DNA of 32,000 nt from Candidatus Saccharimonadota bacterium (GCA_963706795.1 OY970170.1:420001-452000), one strand, 5' to 3'; counted from the first letter of the stretch, positions 8,851-19,093 are shown. Program-made: numbers and translations. The notes: a model not told the origin generated them from the sequence alone.

Positions 8851-9366
8851 ATGACTAGCATCCCACAAAATAAAGAGGAGCTTGTAGAAGCTATTAAATC
8901 TACATCTCAAAAATTAAGAGAGGATCTTGTCAGTATCCCTGATGGACTCACTCGCATCAAAGAGTTACATGGTCATGCCCAGGACACAAAGATGAGTGTT
9001 TGCGACCTTATCGCATACCTAGTTGGGTGGGGTGAATTAGTTATAAAATGGCACAAAATTAGAGAACAAGGAAAAGAGCCGGATTTCCCCGAAACAGGAT
9101 ACAAATGGAATGAGCTAGGAAAACTTGCCCAAAAATTTTATGACGATTATAAAAATGATGATTTTAAAACATTGCTAAAAAAATACGATAAGGTTGTGAG
9201 AGACATGCTTATATTCATCGAAGGAAAAACGAATAAAGAATTATATGGGGTGCCTTGGTATACAAAATGGACCATGGGTAGAGTTATTCAGCTTAATACG
9301 TCATCACCATATAAAAATGCTCGTAATAGAATTCGTATGTGGAAGAAGGAAAAGGACTGGATGTAA
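8851..9366 (+). CDS. ClbS/DfsB family four-helix-bundle protein (DUF1706)
   Basis: 171 aa with family hallmarks: DLIAYLVGWGELVIKW, DFPETGYKWNELGKLAQKFY, GRVIQLNTSSPYKNARNRIRMWKK. Stop is TAA. Confidence 0.85.
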   Translation: MTSIPQNKEELVEAIKSTSQKLREDLVSIPDGLTRIKELHGHAQDTKMSVCDLIAYLVGWGELVIKWHKIREQGKEPDFPETGYKWNELGKLAQKFYDDYKNDDFKTLLKKYDKVVRDMLIFIEGKTNKELYGVPWYTKWTMGRVIQLNTSSPYKNARNRIRMWKKEKDWM

Positions 9367-9496
9367 GGTTTGTTTATAGAGATTGACAATATGACAGATA
9401 AAAAAGTTGTTGAATACATAAATAAACAAAATTTCTAAGATGGACATGATCCGAAGCTCTGGAAACGCCCCTCTCTCCGCCATAACATATTAAATC

Positions 9497-9751
9497 ATGG
9501 TCAGCATCCAACGAAAGTGAGACTATCTCACTAAAGATCAGCGTTATAGCGCATGTGAAGCGATCATTTCGCATTTTCGGTCAGAATGAAACGAAGAAAT
9601 TGGTATGATTGCCGCTTGAGATTTTTTGGATGCAGTTCTCGAGGAAGTTGGTAAGGCGATCTACAAAAAAGGTATCGAAGACGCTCGAATGACCATGCGA
9701 GAATGATTTGAAAACCTCGAAGTCAATCTCGAGGTCCTCACTGAGCGATAG
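9497..9751 (+). CDS. DUF2164 domain protein, 84 aa
   Basis: Visible only under table 25, with in-frame TGAs at 9518, 9587, 9617 and 9704. The translation ...EEIGMIAAGDFLDAVLEEVGKAIYKKGIEDARMTMREGFENLEVNLEVL matches the DUF2164 pattern. TAG stop, followed by a terminator. Confidence 0.7.
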
Positions 9752-9763
9752 TCCAAAAACATA

Positions 9764-9789
9764 AAAACACCCTTCTCAGGGTGTTTTTT
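9764..9789 (+). terminator. rho-independent terminator after the DUF2164 gene
   Basis: CACCCT-tctc-AGGGTG followed by TTTTTT. Confidence 0.65.
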
Positions 9790-9971
9790 GAAGCTATTTG
9801 ATGAGTGTGGATATTCCGTATCTCTCGGACCCGATTACGAAGTGGCTGAACACCGAACTTCTCCAGACTCGGGGAAAATTGTATCTCTCAAAGCCCCAAT
9901 GACAAGCCATTTTTCAAATCCAAAACGATCGGCTGAATTCACTAAATGTCAATCGATTTACCCACTTCTTC

Positions 9972-9999
9972 TTGAAGACCAAAAGAGCTAGGATATACT
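9972..9999 (+). promoter_or_regulatory. sigma70-like promoter (TTGAAG-N16-TATACT) upstream of the structured intergenic region
   Basis: -35 TTGAAG at 9972..9977 and -10 TATACT at 9994..9999. No protein-like ORF follows on this strand. Confidence 0.35.
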
Positions 10000-10005
10000 C
10001 TCCGG

Positions 10006-10210
10006 AGCTGCCGTTCAAGTGCATCTGTCTCGCGTATTTTTCTCTACAATTCTACGCAATTCATGGGTTGGCCCGCTGGATACGGTCTCCGTACCGGCCA
10101 CGACAACCCTCAGGAATGATCTGATCCGTTCGGTGATTTCCGCTTCCTGCACACAGGGAACAAATGGAGATACAACGGTTCGGCGGGTCCAGTAAATTTA
10201 TTTGCTGGAT
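10006..10210 (+). ncRNA. candidate structured small RNA, class unknown
   Basis: A locally GC-rich, non-coding stretch in an AT-leaning genome.
- Hairpin TGGCC..GGATACGG-tct-CCGTACC..GGCCA at about 10068..10099.
- Hairpin CCCT-CAGGAA...TTCCTG...AGGG at about 10109..10160.
- Possible closing pairs CCGTT (about 10011) with AACGG (about 10173), and CCCGC with GCGGG.
- Bounded by a promoter-like element and a strong terminator.
- I found no match to tmRNA, RNase P or 4.5S consensus motifs. Confidence 0.35.
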
Positions 10211-10247
10211 TTTATAAACCCCCGTCTTTTGGACGGGGGTTTATAAA
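10211..10247. terminator. strong bidirectional rho-independent terminator
   Basis: Near-perfect palindrome TTTATAAACCCCCGTC-ttttg-GACGGGGGTTTATAAA. It abuts the TAA stop (10249..10251) of the 1373-aa gene on the minus strand and closes the ncRNA candidate on the plus strand. Confidence 0.8.
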
Positions 10248-10248
10248 A

Positions 10249-13200
10249 TTACATGTAGAGTTCTTCATCAAATGCGATTCACTGGCTTTCAGAATACGCA
10301 CGGTAGCGTTCGAGTTCTTCTGGGTTCATAGTGGCAGTTTGTGGCTTTTTTACTTTAGGAAGAGGCATATCGAGGATATCGATCGTCCTATCCATGACTC
10401 TTTGCATGAGATTTTGATAGACTGTTTCGGTCTGATTTCGGTAGATAACATTCTTCACCTTATCCTGAAGAATCTTGCTAGATTGCACATCAGGCGAGAG
10501 GAAAGCGGCTCTATCCTGAGGCGTGGTGCCAGCAAAGTGATATTTTTCTTTCCGCTGAAGAGTGTCGTAGTAGTCGCGGTAATGTGCCATGATTGGAATA
10601 CCCGCATCCTCGAGCTGCTCTACCCAATCAAGTGTAGTGTTAAATACATCCGGATCGAGCTTGAGATTTTGGTTTCGTATCCACTTCATGAGTGTGCTGA
10701 GAATATTCTCAAGCTGCCATAGACGATACTGATCTACCTCTTCTTTTGATCTAGTGCCATCAGAGAAAATATTCGAATTTCGAGCCTCACGATAGGTCTT
10801 GAGGAATGCCTGGAAATACTTCGTACTATCCGCATTACGGAATCCTCATCGTGCATTAAGACCAATTCCGTCAGCCTTAAGGAAGAATTGCTCGATCATC
10901 GGAGGATTATCGAGATACGATTCGATCTTGTCCTTTGAGATGCCGACTTCGGAATGCCCAGAAATAGGATCAATTTCGTAGAGCCCCTTTACAGCATTCC
11001 AATACGCAACATATTCTGGATATTTTGCTGGCTCTGTTTCTGCGAGGTAGCGGATTTCTGGATCGTCGGAGAGCGAGAGTTTTTTATGGATTTTCGCTCC
11101 GTAAGTATTCCAAAATGTCTCAGCGTATTCGATTGCATCTTTGATGCCTTTGTCCTTGTCCTGTACTGCCCGTGCCTTTCTGGCTTTCTCAATCTTGAGA
11201 TACGCGTCCAGCATTCCTGGATCATTTTTTGAAAGACGTGCAATGGTATTACGGAAAATATCAACGTTTCATGGACGTGCCATGAGATAGAGCTCAGGAT
11301 GATTGGTTCCTCGGAAAAAGCTTGATGGAATCTTTCAGAGTACTGTTGGGTCCATAAATTCAGTAGAATCCGTCATCATAAGTACAAAACCAAGCTTACG
11401 CATCTCAACTGCATCCCCTGGAGATCCCTTTGCCCAAATCTTTTCTATCGCTCCAGCAGCCGTAATTGGTTGACCGTCACGAATCTTGCCAAGAGCATAT
11501 TTGTATCGACCGGCCGCAGTAGCAAAATCACGTTCGGATTCATCACCACCCTTTTTAAATTGTGCTTCTGAGGCATTGATTCGGGCGATTTCAAATTTCT
11601 TACCCATCGTGGTAGGGATTGCAGCAATCTTCTCATCCGAAAGATATTTTAAATATTGTTCGATGAGCATAAGTTCAGTGATCGCAATCGTTGCACCTTG
11701 TGCGTCACGTATCTTTTTTGTATATTCTGCTTTAAGTACCTTGGCTCGATTGGTATCTCCTACTAATTTTTCAAAAAACACATCCTGTCAGCGGTATGCT
11801 TTAAGTTCTCAAACATAGAGTGAACCGTTGTCTTCAACAAGGGCATAGATCGCCGCAATGAGCTTGAACTGATCAAAATGTTTTGATTCCAAGAGATGAA
11901 GTACTTCGCCAGAGAGTGAACCCTTCATTTCCTGGAACTCTTTTTTATAATCATCGAAGACCTTATCACGTTCACGATCGGCAAGGACACGAGCTTCACG
12001 AGTAAGTGGATGTCATCGACCAAGTGTACGAACCATCAATTCATAAAACATTTCTTGTTCGATGAGCTTGTTCCCATGTGACAGCTTATGCTGTACCATA
12101 TGAGTAACACTTTGAAAGATATTTCCCACATTCGAAACACTGATTCCATTTCGCATCCATGATCCAAAAAATCCAGCAAGTCCACCATGTTCATGGAGAT
12201 GTTTTCCATGACCATGTTCGTCGTCATGTTTCTCATCCGGCTTAAAATCATCTTCGCTACGAGCATTAATTTTGAGAAGCTTCAGACGACTCACTAAGAC
12301 TGAATACGAAACATTATTCGCTACAAATTGCTCTCCACTGAGCTTATAGCTCTTTTCTTTGTCATCGATCTTTACTTTTGTTGCATAGCGAAATGAGACT
12401 TTATTTTCGGAAGCCGATGTGATTTCTAAAAATCCGTCACCTGCTTTGTTATAAAAATATTTTACTCATGGATGTTCTTCTCCGTGAGATGAATGCTCAT
12501 TTGGTACAAGTTTTTTATGCTCTGTATCCAAGAAAAGATCACTGAATTGAGATCGAAGCGATGGATCGCTTTGAATAAATGCGGCAAATTCACCGTAGTT
12601 ATCGCAGGGTTTAATACGTGCATATTGAGCTTTTGCAGTACGTTGATCAAGGGGTTTTTTGCTATTTTCTTGATCAAAAACAAAGCTGTAATAGAACCAC
12701 GTAAACGGACTCATGCCAGCCGGCGGACCAACAACCACTCCTGCTGGGGTCATGATTTTCATTGACTGAGGAGCTTCCGAAATGCTCTCAATTCGATAGA
12801 TTTCGTATGGTGCATGCTTCGATTGAAATGTCATTCCTGCCGCAATAGGAATTCCTACTCCATCCTTATCAAGATCATCAATATTTTTTTGAAGCTCAGC
12901 AAGCGAGAGAATATGTATCTTATCGCTCAGAGATTCGTCAATGTCTTCTCCTGACTGAAACGCTGCGGGATAGCGCTCCTTAAAGAGAGAAGAATTGGCC
13001 GAAAGTACAATAGAACTATCTACTGCCTCAATGAGTGATAACCTCAAGAGACGTGCAAAATCTCCGTACTCAAGTGTACGAGTCTGAACATGACTCGTGT
13101 CTTCGTATTTACGAACCCCATTTGATCCTGCTAATCGAAATTCGATTTCGGGGATCAATTCTTCTCCTTCTTTTTTTCCTATGGAGACAATTTCCATAAT

Positions 13201-14370
13201 CTCATTTCCCCCATTTTTTGTAGGGAAAACGACAAAACTTCCTGGGCCCATAGTCGTGATGCTTGCCCCTTTGGAATCAAGCCCTATAAGCCTGCCTCAG
13301 AGAAGCTTATCAAGCTCGTGGGCAAACGATTCAAAAGTAATTTCTCCGGTCTTTTCATCTGCAAAACGAGCATTTTCATTTGCGGTTTTATCTCCATTGA
13401 GTCGATCCGTTACGACATCTGTTTTAAGAAGTTCTTTTCCGATTGACCCATAGTCTGCATCATAAATCCATTCAAGTGGAATATCGGCATTTTCTTCTCT
13501 CAAGCTCGAAAAAAATTGCTCTTTATCCTCAGGAGTAAGGAATTTTTTTGTTTTTTCATCTGTTGCGGACAATCGACTATTGAGAACATCAATAAGTTTG
13601 TCCTTTACAGTTTTTTGATCTAGTCAGAGCGCCTTTGCCGCAGCAATCAAGCTCAAAAGCGGGATCGCGGGAGAATATTTCTCTAAAATCTTTCGGAGTT
13701 CTTTTGGTTCATTTTCAAAGGCTTCGGCAATCGTCTGCACTTGCGAAGTCAGAAGCGTACGACCTCCAGACTCCAAGAGGAGAATTGCTTTTTTTTGTTC
13801 TTCATTCTTGAGTCAAATATGAGCCTTAACGGTCTCTTCTTCACCTGCTTGAATTTTTTCTTTTTTGGCAGTTCTTCTGACAAGAGCATCAAATGATACC
13901 AGTCTGGCACCACGTGAAATATCTATTAACTCAGAAAACTCCATCTTTGAAACCGTAGACTCAAAGAGTTCATCAGTTTGGCTCGCAGAAAAACCGAGAC
14001 GTTTAATACGACTTCGAAGTACTGACTCTGCAGCATTGCGATCAAAAATAACCTTGCGCATTACGCTCTGTAAAACGGTAGCATTGAGCGAAGTAAGTCG
14101 GATAGGCTCATGAGCAATATTCGTACTGGTCAAATACGCCTCAATCATAGCAAGGAGCTCTAGACGGGTTTCTTCTTTTTTTTGAGCAGAAAGACTTGTA
14201 TCAGCAAGACGAAATACAAGTTTATTAAATTCAGCTTCGCGTAGGCACTTTTTATCAATAGCACGCTTAAGCGCCTCAGATTCTGTAAGCACATTTTTTG
14301 TGTTTTGTGCAGTTTTTGAGTTCGCCGCGACCTTGGCATTTCGGCTATTAGGGGAATTTTCTAGAGACAT
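10249..14370 (-). CDS. giant ORFan protein, 1373 aa under table 25
   Basis: Seven track ORFs (13813..14370, 13297..13572, 12466..13251, 12013..12294, 11335..11781, 10846..11214, 10279..10689) share one frame. I translated all gaps by hand and found only TGA (12 in total), with no in-frame TAA or TAG until 10249. An upstream in-frame TAA at 14401 fixes ATG 14370. There is no clear TM segment, and one His-rich patch (DEKHDDEHGHGKHLHEHGG). Confidence 0.85.
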
Positions 14371-14443
14371 AAGTGTGAAAGTTGCTAGGATTATACCCTT
14401 TTAGCGAGAATTGCGCAACAAACGAGAGCCAGAAGAATCTTGT

Positions 14444-14722
14444 TTATGATTTTTTTAAAATCCGAACAAGTTTTGTGCGATCACTTGCTCCCGAAATAAT
14501 CTCGATTTCCGAAGTTCTCACCCTGTAATAATCAGCAAAAAAGGAGATGAGCTCGGCGTTGGCCTTTCATTTTTCGGGGACAGCCTTTATATGCATTTTG
14601 TAGGTCCCATCCTCCATGAGTGCAAAAAATCCCGTTTTTGACTGACGGGGAACTACTCGAATCTGGAGATAGAGTGGCGTATCCCCAGATATTTTTGGGA
14701 ACGGATCTTGGATTTGAGACAT
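14444..14722 (-). CDS. yggU: DUF167 (YggU/UPF0235) family protein, 92 aa
   Basis: Missing from the standard-code track. TGA 14567..14569 falls on the invariant Gly of the family motif (..AVPEK-G-KANAELISFF.., compare E. coli PPVDGQAN). The C-terminus SGASDRTKLVRI matches the family. Stop is TAA. Confidence 0.85.
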
Positions 14723-14762
14723 TTGGAGCTATACTTCGCCCATCTTAGGTAAAAAATCAAAA

Positions 14763-15899
14763 ATGGCACGAATAGGAATCGACGCCCGCATGTTTGGAAG
14801 CACTTTCACCGGCATTGGCAAATACGTAGAACGCCTGCTTGAGTGACTCGCAAAGACTCCAAGTGAGGATACTTTTGTCATCTTTACGGACCCTGCACAT
14901 GAGCGAATAATCCAAAATCTTAGTGAAAAATTTGAGGTAATTCCGGTGGCTATCAAGCATTATTCACTCGCCGAACAAGTGGTATTCCCTTTTCTTTTAA
15001 AGAAGGCTCATCTGGATCTTGTACATTTCCCGCATTTTAATGCTCCGATTTTTTCGAGAATTCCTGCAGTAGTAACGATCCATGATCTCATTCTTTCGTT
15101 TTATCCTGGACGCTCAATTGCTTCAAGTATTAGACGGCGAGCCTACGAATGGACGATTGGTTCGATCACTAAGCGCGCAAAAAAGATCATCACCGTCAGC
15201 AATTACACAAAAAAAGACCTCACAACGCTCCTTGATATCTCCGAAGATAGCATCGAAGCCATTCATCTCTGAGTGGATACGAGCTTTTTTGATAAAGCGA
15301 GTCCCGAATCTATCGAAGCAGTCGCAAAAAAATATGGGATTCATGGCGAATACATCATGACACTCTGACTGCATCGCGAGCACAAAAATCTTCCTCGTCT
15401 CATCCGAGCATTTGGCAAAGTCGTCCAAAAAGGCTATGAGGGTCAACTCGTACTTGTCGGCAAAGAAGATATGCGATCTCATGATGTTCGAGATGCTATT
15501 ATTTGAGCTGGTCTGCGCAATCGCGTGATCCTCACGGGTTTTGTGGATAATGAGGATATTGCACCTCTTCTCCAGGGCGCTTCACTCTATGTGATGCCAT
15601 CGCTCTATGAGGGCTTTGGACTCCCTATTCTTGAGGCTATGGCAGGCGGAGTTCCTACTGCGGTAGCTAAAGCGACTTCGCTCCCTGAGGTTGGATGAGA
15701 TGCGGCAGCGTATTTTCATCCGCTACGCGAAGACGACATTGCTGATGTTCTCTATCACTGTGCCACCGACAAAAATACTCAGGAAGACATGCGGACGAAA
15801 GGCCTTGCTCGTGCACACGAGTTTACCTGGGAAAAGATGGCTGCACGAACTTACGAGATCTACCAAGAAACGCTTCAGGGCACAAAAAAACAGGGATAA
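14763..15899 (+). CDS. glycosyltransferase, GT4 family (Glycos_transf_1)
   Basis: 378 aa with 5 in-frame TGAs (by manual translation). Family features: ARIGIDAR..G.GIG.Y, VHFPHF, TIHDL, and the C-terminal catalytic region LYVMPSLYEGFGLPILEAMAGGVPTAVAKATSLPEV-G(TGA)-GDAA. The track shows only fragment 14946..15272. Stop is TAA. Confidence 0.9.
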
Positions 15900-15912
15900 T
15901 CCCTGTTTTTTT
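15884..15912. terminator. bidirectional terminator between the GT4 and FNR-like genes
   Basis: AAAAAAA-CAGGG-ataat-CCCTG-TTTTTTT overlapping the GT4 stop codon, between convergent genes. Confidence 0.6.
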
Positions 15913-15926
15913 AACTGTTCAATTTT

Positions 15927-16610
15927 TTAGAATTGTTCAAACTTAATTGCCGTCTTTGGAATTCCGCGTGCCTCGAGTTTCGCACGAGCATCCTTGACCA
16001 TGACTGGACTTCCACAGATATAGAATTCTTGGAATTTTAGAACTTCGTCAGCATTATCGAGGAATTCAGTGACGTAGCCTTTGGTGAATTCAGATTTCTC
16101 TTCACGACTGAGATACTGATCAAAAGTAAAATTTGGATTTCGTTTTACGATAGCATGAAGCTCATCTTGATAAAACACATCCTCGCTCGCTCGTACGCCA
16201 AAAATAAAATGACTCTTTGCACTAAAGTTACGATCTTCCAAAGCTCGGATTTGGAAATACAATGGAGCAAATCCTGTCCCTGTTCCAATAAAGAGACGTG
16301 GGATATCTCCATCAGTAAGCGTAAAGTGTCCAATCGGAGACATCGCATGAATTACTGCACCAATTTCAAGATCACAAATCTCCTTGCTTCCTCCACCACC
16401 CTCTGGAAGTCTTTTAATAATGAGCATATAGTCATTACCAGCAGCATATGCTATCGAATACGAACGCTTGAGTCCTGAAGGAAGTGTCAGTAGCAGATAC
16501 TGACCAGGCTTAAAAGGAAGTGGATTTTCAGCCGAGAGATGTAACTCGAACACATCATGTGTCAGTGAGATTTTTTTGGTAAGTGTAAATGGATACGTAA
16601 CGATGGCCAT
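15927..16610 (-). CDS. ferredoxin-NADP reductase-like FAD/NAD(P)-binding oxidoreductase
   Basis: 227 aa from ATG 16610. FAD motif RSYSIA and NAD(P) motif GTGTGFAPL, with an FNR-type C-terminal fold pattern (YICGSPVMV). Stop is TAA. Confidence 0.85.
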   Translation of the reverse strand: MAIVTYPFTLTKKISLTHDVFELHLSAENPLPFKPGQYLLLTLPSGLKRSYSIAYAAGNDYMLIIKRLPEGGGGSKEICDLEIGAVIHAMSPIGHFTLTDGDIPRLFIGTGTGFAPLYFQIRALEDRNFSAKSHFIFGVRASEDVFYQDELHAIVKRNPNFTFDQYLSREEKSEFTKGYVTEFLDNADEVLKFQEFYICGSPVMVKDARAKLEARGIPKTAIKFEQF

Positions 16611-16645
16611 AGAGAAATGTAGATCAAATAAACACGATAATATAC

Positions 16646-16676
16646 AAAAAAACTCGACCAAATCGAGTTTTTTTAA
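16646..16676 (-). terminator. rho-independent terminator ending the recA transcription unit
   Basis: On the minus strand: AAAAAAACTCGA-tttgg-TCGAGTTTTTT. It lies between the stop of the 102-aa ORF (16704) and the FNR-like start. Confidence 0.55.
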
Positions 16677-16703
16677 AGTTTATAAGTCTGAATTGAGATT
16701 TAT

Positions 16704-17012
16704 TTAAGCTATATCTCGATGGCTTGCATCATTGGCGGCACGGCTATTGTTAACGATAGCGACAACCTGTGACCAATAGGCTATTTTTTCTGGAGAAAGC
16801 TGACCTGAGAGACTCAAGATACTGAGAATATTGAGCGCTGAGGCGGGTCAAACAAGCTCTGAACGGATACCATCAAGGGTTAACTGAGCTCCAACACCCA
16901 TTCGAACCTGTTCTGCAAGTTCGGCAGCAGAGCGGGTTAAAGCTATCTCCTGGGATGGTGATTCGGAAGCAATAGAAGAAGCGGGGGTCGTGATTTGATT
17001 TTCGAGTGCCAT
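16704..17012 (-). CDS. hypothetical protein, 102 aa, downstream of recA
   Basis: A table-25 ORF (ATG 17012 to TAA 16704) with one in-frame TGA, starting 36 nt after the recA stop. No family recognised, and it does not resemble RecX. Confidence 0.45.
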
Positions 17013-17048
17013 GGATGAATTATGACTCGAAGTTTAACACAGAATCCC

Positions 17049-18041
17049 CTATTTTACAAATTCTGCCCGTACTGCTGTTTCGATCTCAGTTGCGAGTGCT
17101 TTATTTTGATTGAGGAATTCTCGTGCATTTTCTCTTCCTTGTCCAAGTTTTGTCTCACCGTAGCTGTAGAATGCTCCTGATTTTTTGATGACACCAATCT
17201 CAGAACCGATATCGAGGACTTCTCCAGAACGAGAGATTCCTTCGTTAAAGAGAATGTCGACTTCGACTTCGCGGAAAGGAGGTGCGACTTTATTTTTTAC
17301 AACCTTAATCTTTGCGCGGTTTCCTGTTGCTTCTTTGTCATCACCGGATCCACTTTCGATCTTTTCTTTGCGACGGATATCAAGACGCTGTGAAGCGTAG
17401 AACTTGAGAGCATTTCCTCCGGTCGTTGTTTCTGGACTTCCGAACATAACTCAGATCTTCATACGGATCTGGTTAATAAAGATCACTGTTGTGTTCGATT
17501 TTGAGATGACACCTGTAATTTTACGAAGTGCCTGACTCATAAGACGAGCCTGAAGTCCCATGAACGAGTCACCCATATTTCCTTCGATTTCTGCCTTTGG
17601 TACGAGCGCAGCAACTGAGTCCACAACGATGAGATCAACTGCTCCTGAGCGAACGAGTGCGTCTACGATTTCGAGAGCTTGCTCTCCGTAATCAGGCTGT
17701 GAGACGATGAGCTCGTCGATATTTACACCAATCTTGCGAGCATAGGCTGGATCGAGTGCATGTTCAGCATCGACGAATGCAGCTGTTCCACCTGCTTTTT
17801 GAACCTCGGCAATCGCATGGAGTGTGAGAGTAGTCTTACCAGAGGATTCTGGACCGTAGATTTCGACGATACGCCCTTTTGCATATCCACCTCCCAGAGC
17901 ATTATCAAGCGCAATCGAACCTGATGAGGTTGTCTCAACCTGCATACCGGTACGATCTCCGAGTTTCATAACTGAACCCGCTCCAAACTGCTTTTCGATC
18001 ATGGCGAGTGCGGCACTCAGTGCCTCTTTCTTGTTGTCCAT
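17049..18041 (-). CDS. recA: recombinase A
   Basis: 330 aa. Track ORFs 17451..18041 and 17049..17447 are one gene: TGA 17451..17453 encodes the conserved Gly in [30 protein letters not shown]. Walker A is GPESSGKTT. Stop is TAG. Confidence 0.97.
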
Positions 18042-18073
18042 AGGGAAGGTGAAAAAATGAAAACAAAACGGAG

Positions 18074-18118
18074 TATATGTACACTATATGTACTTTGCAA
18101 TACTTTTTATGTACTTTG
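18074..18118. promoter_or_regulatory. phased direct repeats in the recA upstream region (candidate operator/promoter)
   Basis: TATATGTAC occurs at 18074..18082 and 18085..18093 (11-bp period). TATGTACTTTG occurs at 18087..18097 and 18108..18118 (21-bp period). The ATGTACAT core is palindromic. A minus-strand -10-like TATACT sits about 30 nt upstream of the recA ATG. Confidence 0.3.
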
Positions 18119-18125
18119 TATATAT

Positions 18126-18359
18126 TTACTTTCTTTTTGAATAGAACTCTCGGATCGAAGTTGCTGATCCTGATGAGATGTTCCGACCTGTACATATAGT
18201 ACACTGATATATAGCCTTTTCTTCGTCAATAGTCTCTACGTCCACCTCCTTTACACAATCACGGCAGTAGTGAATAAACTCACCTCGTTCCGCCTCAAAA
18301 TTCTCTCGTTTCTTGCCGAAACTTGAGACATTTACGAGATCATTGTAACTAGAGGACAT
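18126..18359 (-). CDS. small zinc-ribbon protein, 77 aa
   Basis: Two CxxC pairs (CRDC ... CTIC). The first ATG is at 18359; track ORF 18126..18410 begins at an upstream TTG, so the start is uncertain. Stop is TAA. Confidence 0.5.
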   Translation of the reverse strand: MSSSYNDLVNVSSFGKKRENFEAERGEFIHYCRDCVKEVDVETIDEEKAIYQCTICTGRNISSGSATSIREFYSKRK

Positions 18360-18479
18360 AGATGAAAGATAATACGATGGAGAGTGTAGAGTGTCTTTCG
18401 GAGAAGTCAAAAAGGGGAAGCCTTTTCCAAAAGACAGAATACGAAGCGATGAGCGAAAATCTTGGAAAAAAGACAGAAA

Positions 18480-19079
18480 TTATATTTTCTTCTGGAACAA
18501 TATACTTTGCTGGTACATCGGTCGTCCGCCTGTCGTTGCAGACACTTCACCGACACGAATTTCTGGCTGATAACAGATTTCCCAACCTGTATACACTTCA
18601 ATCATTTCCTCAACCGACGGGAAGAAGAATTCTGGTTTATGGATCGTTTGGGCAGTGAAGAAATTGATCGCATTGAAGCCTCCTGGCTTTGTATGTTCCT
18701 GCATTTTATGCACAACAGTCCATGCATTTTCGATACTCCCAAGAAAGTGTAAAAGACGAATGCAAAGAAACGCATCATACTGTCGTTCAAGCGTATGAGT
18801 TACCGCGTTACTTGGATCTTCGATGATCAACTTTCCCGTCTTAGATTGTACCATTTCACGTAACTGTGTGATGTAGAGTTCATTGAAATCCTGAACAGTA
18901 ACATTGTACCCAGCCTCGAAAAGTGGGAGCGCATTTCTTCATTTTCCAACACCAAATTCGAAGATCTCTGCCCCCTGAGGAAGTCTTGCGCACAATTCAT
19001 GAAAAATAGGATCTGGTCCATTTTTCGGATCGACCATTTGGGTTCTTGCAGCTGTATTTTGATAGAAGGGATTTGTCAT
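18480..19079 (-). CDS. class I SAM-dependent methyltransferase (TehB-like)
   Basis: 199 aa. Track ORF 18480..18854 extends upstream in frame through TGA 18939..18941, which is the last Gly of motif I (FEFGVGK-G-RNALPL). ATG 19079 lies 14 nt after the dnaJ stop. Stop is TAA. Confidence 0.85.
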
Positions 19080-19093
19080 ACGAGATAAAGAAA

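Noticed and set aside
9393-9493. Two tiny ORFs (MTDKKVVEYINKQNF and MDMIRSSGNAPLSAITY) between the ClbS-like and DUF2164 genes. The first resembles the N-terminus of DUF1801/YdhG-type proteins.
   Set aside because: They are far too short, and the similarity ends after about 12 residues. At most this is a gene remnant.
9788-9991. 67-aa plus-strand ORF (TTG start) in the intergenic region.
   Set aside because: Non-canonical start and an unconvincing composition. It overlaps the promoter-like element of the ncRNA candidate, and I recognise no homolog.
10060-10200. A possible Cys-rich small peptide on the minus strand of the GC-rich region (..CISICSLCAGSGNH..).
   Set aside because: No start codon or upstream signals, and the frame is open only briefly. 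The region's hairpin density fits RNA structure better.
10279-14370. A run of same-strand ORF fragments that looks like a decayed pseudogene or frameshifted gene under the standard code. The same pattern occurs at 20986..31605.
   Set aside because: All fragments of each gene share one frame, every interruption is TGA, and there are no in-frame TAA or TAG codons. TGA aligns with conserved Gly in recognisable genes elsewhere in the window. These are intact genes read with table 25.
17445-17453. recA apparently split into two ORFs, suggesting a pseudogene or an intein/frameshift.
   Set aside because: The only break is a single TGA at the position of the invariant Gly in IRMKIGVMFG, and the protein is collinear and complete.
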